Assembly: GCA_031367385.1 (NCBI GenBank)
Contig: JANLPS010000336.1
Location: 1-13,630 of the forward strand
Source: Archangium sp.
GTDB lineage: Bacteria; Myxococcota; Myxococcia; Myxococcales; Myxococcaceae
Length of the DNA: 13,630 nt
Reading direction: 5' to 3'
Position 1 is the first letter of the stretch; every line of letters starts with the position of its first letter. This document shows positions 1 to 7,460 of this stretch, piece by piece. Position numbers and translations under genes: made by a program. Below the pieces are notes generated by a model that did no database searches, had not been told where the DNA came from, and saw only the letters and a program-made list of their open reading frames with translations.

Positions 1-115
1 CCTTTTCGAAAGCGGCCATCGAGCCGAAGGTTTCGCCGCCAACCATGCGGGGAACAGTGGTGTTCTTGACGCCATCGATGGGACCGGTGATGCCTGCAGC
101 ATTGACAGCGACCAT
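1..115 (-). CDS. 5' end of a hypothetical protein, truncated at the window edge (MVAVNAAGITGPIDGVKNTTVPRMVGGETFGSMAAFEK...)
   Basis: Not in the ORF track. Minus-strand ATG at 115 is preceded by AAGGAG (123-128) at 7-nt spacing, and the frame is open to base 1. Confidence 0.7.
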   Translation of the reverse strand, partial: MVAVNAAGITGPIDGVKNTTVPRMVGGETFGSMAAFEK

Positions 116-318
116 GGTGAAGCTCCTTGTGGGTCGGCATGGAATTGCCGTGTAGATGAAGTGATTGTCCGATTCGAAGACGGCGAGTTGCGGCTGATCG
201 GCGGTTTTGGAGGCCAATACTGTTCACCCGTCGCGCCGAGGGAGAATCGCCCCGGGCGGCCGGGCAGAAGCACCCGGTTTTCTATGATTTCTCACCTCCT
301 GATATAGCGCTCGGCGCC

Positions 319-858
319 ATGGAGCCCCGAGCCCAGACCGCGGTCGCCCCAGGCGTGAGCTTCGAGGCGTTTTACCGCGCCCAGGCGCCCTTCGTCTGGC
401 GCTCCATGCGGCGGCTGGGAGTGCCTCCGGCCGATCTCGAAGACGCGGCACAAGACGTCTTCATCGTGGCCCATCGCAAGCTCGCGGAGTTCGAGGGGCG
501 CTCGACGCTCAAGACGTGGGTGTTCGGCATCTGCCTGCGGGTCGCGAGCGATTGGCGAAAGAAGACCACCGCTCGCCGCGAGGCACCGATCACCGAGGCT
601 CCCGCCCGAAGCCACAGCGGAGAGACTGCGACCCGAGAAATCGCCATGCGCCAGGCGCGGCAGAAGCTGGGCGAGGCGCTGCTGCGGCTCGATGAAGATA
701 AGCGGGCCGTGTTCGTGCTGTTCGAGCTCGAGCAGCTCTCGATGCAGGAGGTCGCGCAGGCGGTGGGCTGCCCGGTGCAGACGGCCTACGCCAGGTTGTA
801 CGCCGCACGAACGGCCGTACAATCATGGTTGGCCCAGACCCAGGAGGCGCTGCCATGA
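319..858 (+). CDS. ECF-family RNA polymerase sigma factor (179 aa)
   Basis: Region 2 motifs DLEDAAQDVF and FEGRSTLKTWVFGI. Region 4 HTH LDEDKRAVFVLFELEQLSMQEVAQAVGCPVQTAYARLYAAR. Typical ECF length. Confidence 0.95.
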   Translation: MEPRAQTAVAPGVSFEAFYRAQAPFVWRSMRRLGVPPADLEDAAQDVFIVAHRKLAEFEGRSTLKTWVFGICLRVASDWRKKTTARREAPITEAPARSHSGETATREIAMRQARQKLGEALLRLDEDKRAVFVLFELEQLSMQEVAQAVGCPVQTAYARLYAARTAVQSWLAQTQEALP

Positions 859-2039
859 GCACCGAGCCGCGACGACTGATCGACGAAGGGCCTGATGATT
901 TGCGCGAGCTGCTCGAGTCGGCGCAGCTCGATGAGCCGACAACGGCGCAGCTCGATCGGTTGACACTGAAGGTGTCGTTTCTCTTCCCGATTCTGCCCGG
1001 GGGCGGTGGAGACGGCGGCGGCGGCGGTGGTGGCGGCCACGGCGACGGCGGCCACGGGGGCGGCGGCGACGGCGGCGGTGGTGATGGCGGCCACGGCGGC
1101 GGCGGCCACGGGGGAGGCGGCGACGGCGGCGGTGGTGTTGCCGGTGGGCACGTGCCGGGTGGCGGACATGCGCCAGGCGGCGGGGCAGCTGGCGGTAGCG
1201 GCGCGATCGGTGGCGGTCACGTCCCGGGCGGCGGCGCGGCCGCTGGCGGACACGCACTGGGCGGTGGCGGCGCAGTCGCTGGTGGCGGCGCAGTCGCTGG
1301 TGGCGGCGCGGCCGCTGGCGGACATGCACTGGGCGGCGGCGGTGCAGTCGCTGGTGGCGGCGCAGTGGCGGGCGGCGGCGCAGTCGCGGGTGGCGGCGCA
1401 GTCGCGGGTGGCGGTGCAGTCGCTGGTGGCGGTGCAGCAAGCGGCGCGGTGGGAGGCGGCACGGGCGCGACGAGCATTGGAGCTGCGGGGGTCGGAGCGG
1501 GCGCGGCGGCGGCCAAGGCTGGCCTCACGGTGGCGAGCTTGAAGACGGCGGCGATTGTCCTCGCGGCCAGCGTCGCGGTGGGCGGTGGTGGCATCGCCGC
1601 GGTGCGGTCGGTTACTCAGCGCGCAGTCGAACCGGTTGTGCAACGAATCGACCCGCCCGCAGTGAAGCCGCCCGAGCCCGTCGTGGAAGCATCGCCCGAG
1701 GCGCCCGTCGTCGAAGCGGCCGAGCCGGTGCGTGAGGCGCCGAAGCGCCCTCCCCCGGCTCCCAAGGTGGTCGAGCCTTCTGAAGATGAGCTGATGGCCG
1801 AGGCCCTGGCACTCGCCCGGGGTGGCAACGCTGCAGCCGCCTTGACGAAAGCCGAGCAACTCGCCGCCCGGTACCCCTCAGGCATGATGGTTCAGGAGCG
1901 CGAAGTCATCGCCATCGAAGCCCTGATGAATCTCGGGCGGGTCGCCGAGGCTCGGGCCCGGGCGACGACGTTCCGTCAGCAATGGCCGACCTCCGCGCAC
2001 ATCACGAAGATCGACGCGCTGGTGCACACAGGCGAGTGA
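855..2039 (+). CDS. Putative membrane-anchored anti-sigma factor (394 aa): short N-terminal domain, Gly-rich repeat tract, TM helix, Pro/Glu linker, C-terminal TPR-like helical domain
   Basis: ATGA overlap with the sigma factor stop (855-858) and AGGAGG at 842-847 favour a start at 855 over 825. Hydrophobic TAAIVLAASVAVGGGGIAAV. TPR-like C-terminus ALALARGGNAAAAL...YPSG...EREVIAIEALMNLGRVAEARARATTFRQQWPTS. Confidence 0.75.
   Translation: MSTEPRRLIDEGPDDLRELLESAQLDEPTTAQLDRLTLKVSFLFPILPGGGGDGGGGGGGGHGDGGHGGGGDGGGGDGGHGGGGHGGGGDGGGGVAGGHVPGGGHAPGGGAAGGSGAIGGGHVPGGGAAAGGHALGGGGAVAGGGAVAGGGAAAGGHALGGGGAVAGGGAVAGGGAVAGGGAVAGGGAVAGGGAASGAVGGGTGATSIGAAGVGAGAAAAKAGLTVASLKTAAIVLAASVAVGGGGIAAVRSVTQRAVEPVVQRIDPPAVKPPEPVVEASPEAPVVEAAEPVREAPKRPPPAPKVVEPSEDELMAEALALARGGNAAAALTKAEQLAARYPSGMMVQEREVIAIEALMNLGRVAEARARATTFRQQWPTSAHITKIDALVHTGE
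999..1460 (+). repeat. Coding low-complexity tandem repeat tract (GGD/GGH block followed by 18-nt GGGAVA-type units, including a 72-nt tandem duplication)
   Basis: Repeated ggtggcggcgcagtcgct/gcg units. 1227-1298 and 1299-1370 both encode GGGAAAGGHALGGGGAVAGGGAVA with synonymous differences. Confidence 0.9.
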
Positions 2040-2260
2040 TCATCGGTGCGTAAGGCTCACTGCATCACGAACATCGCGTCCATTTCGGCAGCGACTTCTC
2101 GCGCGCTCCCATGAGTTGATCTCCGAAGCTGCACACGGGGTCGTCGCCAGACAGGCCCATTCTGAACGCGCCTCCAGGCTCCGCGGCCCTGCTCACCATC
2201 ACCAGCCCCTTCCCCCGTCGCTTCTGGTTCACTCCCAGACACGGCGCTGAGCACAGCCCG

Positions 2261-3202
2261 TCAGTCGGGGTGACGAGTTTGAACGTCGCCGTCATGGGCC
2301 CCCGGCACCGGCACCGGTGGCTTGGGCTGACTCGCCTTCGCCCGTTCCATCACCTGCTTGTTCGCCAGCGCCGCGATCTCGGTGTCTTCTTTGAACGTCG
2401 TCGGTGTCGGCGCCACCTGCGACGCGACGAGCAGCGACAGCCCGCCCACGCCCAGCAGCACCAGGCTCGTCACCAGCACCGGCACCGACGGCTCGAGACA
2501 GGTGCCGTGCAGGGTCTGGTTGCCCGAGTAATGCGAACACCCCAGCCCGAGCGCATACCCGCCCAGCAAGATGCCTCCGGTCAGCATCGCCAGGCCGCCA
2601 CCGGTGAAGCCGACGACCCGGCCCATCTGCCTCGCGTGCAGGTCGTCGATCAAATCGACCCGCCCCGCGCGCCGGTAAAAACCCTCGACGCCAATCGAAT
2701 TGCCCTGAAAATAATGCGACTCCGCGGTCACCTCGAGAAACGGAAAATCGGGAGGCGCGACGATCGGCGGCCGCAGCGCCACGGGCGCCTTCACCACCAG
2801 CGGCTTGACCACCGGCGGCAGCGGCGTCGCCGGCTTGAGCACCGTGTCCATCAGCACGCTCGCCACCAGCACCAGCCGCTCGTCAATCGCCCGGCACTCG
2901 GCGTCGGCGCTCTGCAGCTCACGAGTGCCCATCACCGTGCCCTGCTTGTCGACCAGCGTCAGCCGCGCCCGCCAACCGCCCTGATCAGGCCCAATGCGAC
3001 CCTCGAGCCGCAGCACGGCATGCGCTCCGAAGAGCGCCGTACCGCCCCGGGCACGCTCGATTCGCTCCGCGAGGTCTGCCGGGCGAATGCAGTCGGGAGG
3101 GCTGTTCCACGTCAGGCCCCATACCGCCGGAGGCGCCACCGGCTCCGGCACCTCGCCTTGCGACATCACGCTCAGCAGCAGCGCGGCGCTAACGGCACTC
3201 AT
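2261..3202 (-). CDS. Hypothetical exported/membrane protein (313 aa) with an N-terminal two-Cys domain, Pro-rich linker and two C-terminal hydrophobic helices
   Basis: Signal-like N-terminus. WNSPPDC...TRELQSADAEC domain. Hydrophobic VVGFTGGGLAMLTGGILLGGYALGLG and VPVLVTSLVLLGVGGLSLLVA. Start overlaps the upstream gene's end by 14 nt. Confidence 0.8.
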   Translation of the reverse strand: MSAVSAALLLSVMSQGEVPEPVAPPAVWGLTWNSPPDCIRPADLAERIERARGGTALFGAHAVLRLEGRIGPDQGGWRARLTLVDKQGTVMGTRELQSADAECRAIDERLVLVASVLMDTVLKPATPLPPVVKPLVVKAPVALRPPIVAPPDFPFLEVTAESHYFQGNSIGVEGFYRRAGRVDLIDDLHARQMGRVVGFTGGGLAMLTGGILLGGYALGLGCSHYSGNQTLHGTCLEPSVPVLVTSLVLLGVGGLSLLVASQVAPTPTTFKEDTEIAALANKQVMERAKASQPKPPVPVPGAHDGDVQTRHPD

Positions 3203-3716
3203 AGACGGTCTGAAACCCAGACTTCAGCTGGCAGCTCAGCCCCGGGCAGCAGGGCGAAATGTTCGGCGTGCACTCGTGCGTCGCCTTGTAGCAATAGGTG
3301 CAGTGCTCACTGGCGCACATGGTGCCGCTGGTCGAGGTCGGGTAATCGGCGCAGCACAGCAGGCTCCCGTTGCACGGCTTGTTGAAGCTCACGCAGTCGG
3401 CGCGCTGGCAGGTGTCGCTGATGCATTTGTAGCTCGCACCCCCCTGGCTGCAGCAGGTGCCCCCCGAGGCGCAATTGGCCGCGGGCGCGAGACACGCGGT
3501 GCTCCCACCGCCGCCACCACCACCCGTACCGCCACCGTACCCGCCGTACCCCAGGTCATAGGGGATGCAGGCCTTGCCGCCCTTCACGCTCGTGCCGTCG
3601 TAGCAAACACCGTCGGTCGAGCAGCACCCGCTCGCACACGTGACCGCGTCGCACTGAGCGCACCCAGCCAACGCCAGCGCGGCGAGCACGAAGAATGAAC
3701 GAACCAGGGTGGGCAT
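3189..3716 (-). CDS. Cys-rich lipoprotein (175 aa) with four six-cysteine C-C-CC-C-C modules
   Basis: Lipobox LAGC after a hydrophobic stretch. 24 further Cys in four modules. Gly linker after module 1. Confidence 0.85.
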   Translation of the reverse strand: MPTLVRSFFVLAALALAGCAQCDAVTCASGCCSTDGVCYDGTSVKGGKACIPYDLGYGGYGGGTGGGGGGGSTACLAPAANCASGGTCCSQGGASYKCISDTCQRADCVSFNKPCNGSLLCCADYPTSTSGTMCASEHCTYCYKATHECTPNISPCCPGLSCQLKSGFQTVYECR

Positions 3717-3841
3717 CAGCGCGCCCCTTAGCGCACTCCGCGGAGCCGCGACTACAGGGGGTCACGCAATGACAACGCCGGCGCCTCCCCGCAACACCGA
3801 GCGACCGCTCGAAGCGCAAGGAGGCACCTGAAAGACCGCGC

Positions 3842-4138
3842 TTACTTGCAGACTGCCTTCGCGGCGCACTCGCCGATGGTGCTCTGCTTCGCCGAGTCGT
3901 ACATGCCGTTGCTGCACACGTAGTGGGTCTGCAGGCACGCGAAGTAGCCAGAGATGTCGCAGGTGGTGTTCGCGTACGAATCGCAGGTCGACGTGCTGCC
4001 GCTGAGGTCGGTCGTGCCGCACTTGAGCGCGGTGTAAAACGTCTTACAGGCCGCGACGTTGTTCGCACCGGCGCTGGCGCCGCACGACGAGAAGGAGAGG
4101 ACTGACAACAAGGAAGCCAACAGGGCAATTGATTTCAT
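3842..4138 (-). CDS. Small Cys-rich putative lipoprotein (98 aa)
   Basis: MKSIALLASLLSVLSFSSC signal peptide with a lipobox-like Cys, then 8 more Cys. Start at 4138 is preferred to 4162 because it gives a canonical signal peptide. Confidence 0.8.
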   Translation of the reverse strand: MKSIALLASLLSVLSFSSCGASAGANNVAACKTFYTALKCGTTDLSGSTSTCDSYANTTCDISGYFACLQTHYVCSNGMYDSAKQSTIGECAAKAVCK

Positions 4139-4198
4139 GTGCATGGGTAAGTGGCGGCACATGCCTTGTTTTTTGAACGCACGGTACGAATTCTTGTC

Positions 4199-5233
4199 TC
4201 AGGCGTACGGCACGACGAGCCCGCCGGGCAGCACCAGGCAATCTTCCAGCTGGGCTCCCGCTGCGACCTCGGCGCCATCGAGCACCGCGACCCGATTGAG
4301 GCCCGCTCCAGCGCCCACGTGCGCGTCAGGCCCAACCGAGACCGCCGCGCCGATGCGAACCCCTGCTCCCAGGGCGCAGCGGGCTCCAAACCAGGCCGGG
4401 CCCGAGACCCGCGCATCACCGAGCGCCGCCGTGGCGTGCGCGTGAAAATGCCCAGCACCCTCGGGGGTCTGTGTGAACGGTGAGGCCTCACCGAAGGGCG
4501 CCATCGACACCTGACCGAAGAGCAGCTGCTGGTGCGTCGCCGCGTACCTGTGGGGCGTGCCCAAGTCTGACCACGAGACGCCGGGCTGCGCGAGCGAGTG
4601 CCCTGCCACGCGAAGGCCCGCTTGAATCATTCGAATGTAGACGTCGCGGTTGATGTCTTCGGCGCCGCTGGGCGACATGAAATCGAACACTGCCGGGGTC
4701 ATCACGTGCACGCCCGAGAAGTGCCAGGGCACCGTGCCAGTGCCTCCAGGCCCCAGGCCCGCAATACGTCGCACCGTGCCATCGACCGTCACCTCGACCG
4801 GGTTGTACTTCTCGTCGGGCGGCATCGGCAGCAGCACCATCGTCGCCGCGGCTTTGCTCGCCCAATGGGCGTCGAGCACGGGCTGCAGCTCGAGCCCGAA
4901 CAGCACATCGCCGTTCATCACCACGAAGTCGTCGTCAGCCAGAAACGACTTGAGCCCGCGAATGCCACCGCCAGTGCCCTGAATCTCGCCCGGCTCATCG
5001 ACCACCGTGAGCGCCATGCCCTGCCGCGCGGCCTCGCGCATCGCCACCTGGCGCATCACCTCGGGCAGGTGGTGGGTGTTGATGCCGACCTCTTGAATAC
5101 CTGCGCGGTGCAGCGTGGCGAGCGTGTACCGTAGCAGCGGCTGCCCAAGCAGAGGAATGGCGGGCTTGGGCCAGAGGTGGGTCACCGGCCGCAGCCGCGT
5201 GCCCAGCCCGGCGCACAAGATCATCGCCTTCAT
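4199..5233 (-). CDS. murU: Sugar-phosphate nucleotidyltransferase, probable MurNAc-alpha-1-phosphate uridylyltransferase (MurU-like) with a C-terminal hexapeptide (left-handed beta-helix) extension
   Basis: MKAMILCAGLGTRLRP...PKP, GTGGGI, VMNGD and WSDLGTP motifs of the NTP_transferase family. ATGA-coupled to an amgK-like kinase. The murU call rests on context; a GDP-mannose pyrophosphorylase-like role is not excluded. Confidence 0.7.
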   Translation of the reverse strand: MKAMILCAGLGTRLRPVTHLWPKPAIPLLGQPLLRYTLATLHRAGIQEVGINTHHLPEVMRQVAMREAARQGMALTVVDEPGEIQGTGGGIRGLKSFLADDDFVVMNGDVLFGLELQPVLDAHWASKAAATMVLLPMPPDEKYNPVEVTVDGTVRRIAGLGPGGTGTVPWHFSGVHVMTPAVFDFMSPSGAEDINRDVYIRMIQAGLRVAGHSLAQPGVSWSDLGTPHRYAATHQQLLFGQVSMAPFGEASPFTQTPEGAGHFHAHATAALGDARVSGPAWFGARCALGAGVRIGAAVSVGPDAHVGAGAGLNRVAVLDGAEVAAGAQLEDCLVLPGGLVVPYA

Positions 5234-6264
5234 GCGAGCTCGGGCACGTACTTGGCGCAGATTTTTCGCAGGTCAGAAAGCTCGGGCAGCACGTCGAGCG
5301 CCCCCTTCACGTACCGCAGCGACGCGGGTATCGAGACCAGAAACCCCGGGTTGCCTTTGACGCGGTTGATGAACTCGAAGCGGCCCGCGTCTTTGAGCTT
5401 TCGCTGCACGGTCAGCAGATCAAAGAACTGCTTGAAGGCCTTCACGTCGATCTTCTCTTTGGTCTGCTTCTCGAACGCCACGATGTACGCATCGAGCATC
5501 TCCTGCACGAAGGGCCGGTCGAGCTCGACGTAGCTGTCACGCAGCAGCGCCACCAGGTCGTACTGCCGCGGCCCCTGCAGCGCGTCTTGAAAGTCGATCA
5601 CCACCAGCTCGGCACCCTTCACCATCAAGTTGCGCGACTGATAATCGCGGTGAGTGAAGCCTCGGGGCGCGGCAGCCAGCTGCCTTGCCATTCGCTTGAA
5701 AATCGAGTCGAGCTCACTGCGCTCAGCGTCGCTGGGCTTCTGGTTGCTCCACGCCTCGAGGCCCCACTCGCGAAAGTGGTGCAGCTCCCAGTCGTAGAGG
5801 TCTTCGTCGAAGGCGCGGGTGAAGGCCAGACAGCTGCGGTCGATTTCACGCTCGGCTTTGCTGCGTAGCAGCGCCAGCAGCTCGACCGCCTTCAGGTAGA
5901 GCGACTCGCGGCTCTGGGTCGCCAGCGCCGCCTCGAAGGTCAAGTCGGTCAGGTCTTCGAGCACCATCATGCCGGCCGGCTCATCGAAGCGAAGAATCTC
6001 GGGCACCCGAATACCCAGCCGGGTCAGGTACCGGTGCACGTTGACGAAGGGCAGCTCGGTGGGCGCCTCACCTTTGACGACCTCGTCGCTCTTCTTGAGC
6101 GAGTCGGGTGGCATCACCATCACCACCTGCGAGAGCGGCGGCGTGCCGACGCGGTAATACGAGCGGCTGCTGGCTTCTCCCTTGAGCTTCTCGACCGGTG
6201 CACTGCTCGAGGAGCGCTGCGTCGCCTGCTCCACCTGGGCTCGAAGGGCTGAATCAAGGTCCAT
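5230..6264 (-). CDS. amgK: Aminoglycoside-phosphotransferase-fold kinase, probable anomeric MurNAc/GlcNAc kinase AmgK
   Basis: GEASSRSYYR, LEDL, HRDYQSRNLM, IDFQDA, YDLVALLRD and QRKLK match AmgK-family motifs. Directly upstream of a nucleotidyltransferase. Confidence 0.85.
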   Translation of the reverse strand: MDLDSALRAQVEQATQRSSSSAPVEKLKGEASSRSYYRVGTPPLSQVVMVMPPDSLKKSDEVVKGEAPTELPFVNVHRYLTRLGIRVPEILRFDEPAGMMVLEDLTDLTFEAALATQSRESLYLKAVELLALLRSKAEREIDRSCLAFTRAFDEDLYDWELHHFREWGLEAWSNQKPSDAERSELDSIFKRMARQLAAAPRGFTHRDYQSRNLMVKGAELVVIDFQDALQGPRQYDLVALLRDSYVELDRPFVQEMLDAYIVAFEKQTKEKIDVKAFKQFFDLLTVQRKLKDAGRFEFINRVKGNPGFLVSIPASLRYVKGALDVLPELSDLRKICAKYVPELA

Positions 6265-6270
6265 GAAAAA

Positions 6271-7164
6271 TTATCGGTCTCGACGAAGAGGCAACAGCTC
6301 GAAGGGTATGGCAATCACGGTGCTGAAACGATGCACTTTCTCGGGCACGCTGGCCAGAGAAGCGTCAGAAAAACCGTGTGACGCCACCACCACCACAATC
6401 GGCTCGGCGCGATCATTCTTCCCCGCTCCGACCCGCAGAATGCCTCGCACCCCAAAGAGCAGCCGAATCGCCTCTTCGACGGCGGCGGCGAGCTCCGGGT
6501 CTTCGCCCTCTTCGGTGTGGCCCTCGCGCATCGCGTCTTCGTTGAAAAAGACCCCCGCTTCTTTCGCTTCGCGCAGCAGCGACCAGGCGTCGGGGGGCCG
6601 CTCGGGCCGCAGGGCGCCGGTGCCCAGGCGCGTGCTGACCCCGGTCAGGTTGGCGTGGCTGGCGCTGGTGGCTGGTTTTTCACCCGAAACCGTCACGCTC
6701 GAGCCCGCGCGCTTGACGCCCTGATTTCCCGCGTTGGGCAGGCTGCGTTTCCACTGTGCTCCTTTGGGGGGGCCTGCGTCGGCGGGCCGGGGCTTCTTGC
6801 CGGCGTCTTTCTTTTCACCCGAGTTTTCGCCCGAGTCGGTGACCGGCTCGTTCTTCTTCTCTTCGGCTTCGATTTCAGCCAGCCGGGCCTCGACCGCGGC
6901 TGAGCTGAGCTCGAGCGACTTGGCGCTGTCGAGGCCACCCCAGAGCGCGGCCTCGAGGCTGACGGGCTCAGCCGACGCCTCTTGCACCTCGACCTTCTTC
7001 ATCTGCGAGAGCGTCTTGGTCTTTCTCGGAGCGCGAACGGCGCTCTGGCCACTGGCCCCCAGCCCTGTGGGTGTGGGCTTGCCTGCCCCTTTGGCCCCAT
7101 TCGCGGCGACTGGTTGCCCATTGCCATTGCCGGGCGGGCGCGATGAAGGAGGGACGCGATTCAC
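6271..7164 (-). CDS. Hypothetical protein (297 aa): long disordered N-terminal part and a ~90-aa globular C-terminal domain
   Basis: Long ORF with a GTG start that ends 6 bp upstream of amgK, so probably the same operon. Start position is uncertain. Confidence 0.75.
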   Translation of the reverse strand: MNRVPPSSRPPGNGNGQPVAANGAKGAGKPTPTGLGASGQSAVRAPRKTKTLSQMKKVEVQEASAEPVSLEAALWGGLDSAKSLELSSAAVEARLAEIEAEEKKNEPVTDSGENSGEKKDAGKKPRPADAGPPKGAQWKRSLPNAGNQGVKRAGSSVTVSGEKPATSASHANLTGVSTRLGTGALRPERPPDAWSLLREAKEAGVFFNEDAMREGHTEEGEDPELAAAVEEAIRLLFGVRGILRVGAGKNDRAEPIVVVVASHGFSDASLASVPEKVHRFSTVIAIPFELLPLRRDR

Positions 7165-7188
7165 AGGTCGGTTATGCTACCGCACCCG

Positions 7189-7413
7189 ATGTCTCTTTAT
7201 GCAAAGCGCGAATATGGGCGCTGCCCTTGCGGAGGCGTGTACGACAACCGTTCGGTCGAGGTGCGTCTGACGGTCAACTCCAAAGTCGTGGTGTTGACCG
7301 ACGTGCCGCAAGGGGCCTGCCCGAACTGCGGTTCTCGCGTCTACAAAGCCGAGGTGCTCGAGCGCATCGAGAGCCTGATGAAGGGCACCAAGGTTCGCAA
7401 AGACATCGGCTGA
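7189..7413 (+). CDS. YgiT/MqsA-type zinc-ribbon protein (~74 aa), stand-alone
   Basis: CPCGG...VVLTDVPQGACPNCGSRVYKAEVLERIE matches the YgiT-type zinc finger pattern. Start is either 7174 or 7189. Confidence 0.85.
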   Translation: MSLYAKREYGRCPCGGVYDNRSVEVRLTVNSKVVVLTDVPQGACPNCGSRVYKAEVLERIESLMKGTKVRKDIG

Positions 7414-7460
7414 AGCGCGTCAGGTGACAGCGGGTTCGAAGCCCTGCTACGGCGTTCTGC

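Noticed and set aside
194..225. Sigma28-like promoter (GCCGATCA on the minus strand) for the first gene
   Set aside because: The -10-like octamer has no convincing TAAA-type -35 at the right spacing.
786..1859. Long alternative-frame ORFs over the Gly-rich tract (786-1859, 823-1440, 1006-1542, 1217-1594)
   Set aside because: These are shadow frames of a GC-rich repeat that lacks stop codons.
2057..2295. Short minus-strand ORFs between the convergent genes, including MGAREKSLPKWTRCS after a GGAGA
   Set aside because: No recognisable motif, competing frames, and too short to support from sequence alone.
2270..3385. 371-aa plus-strand ORF
   Set aside because: Arg/His-rich antisense shadow of the 2261-3202 and 3189-3716 genes.
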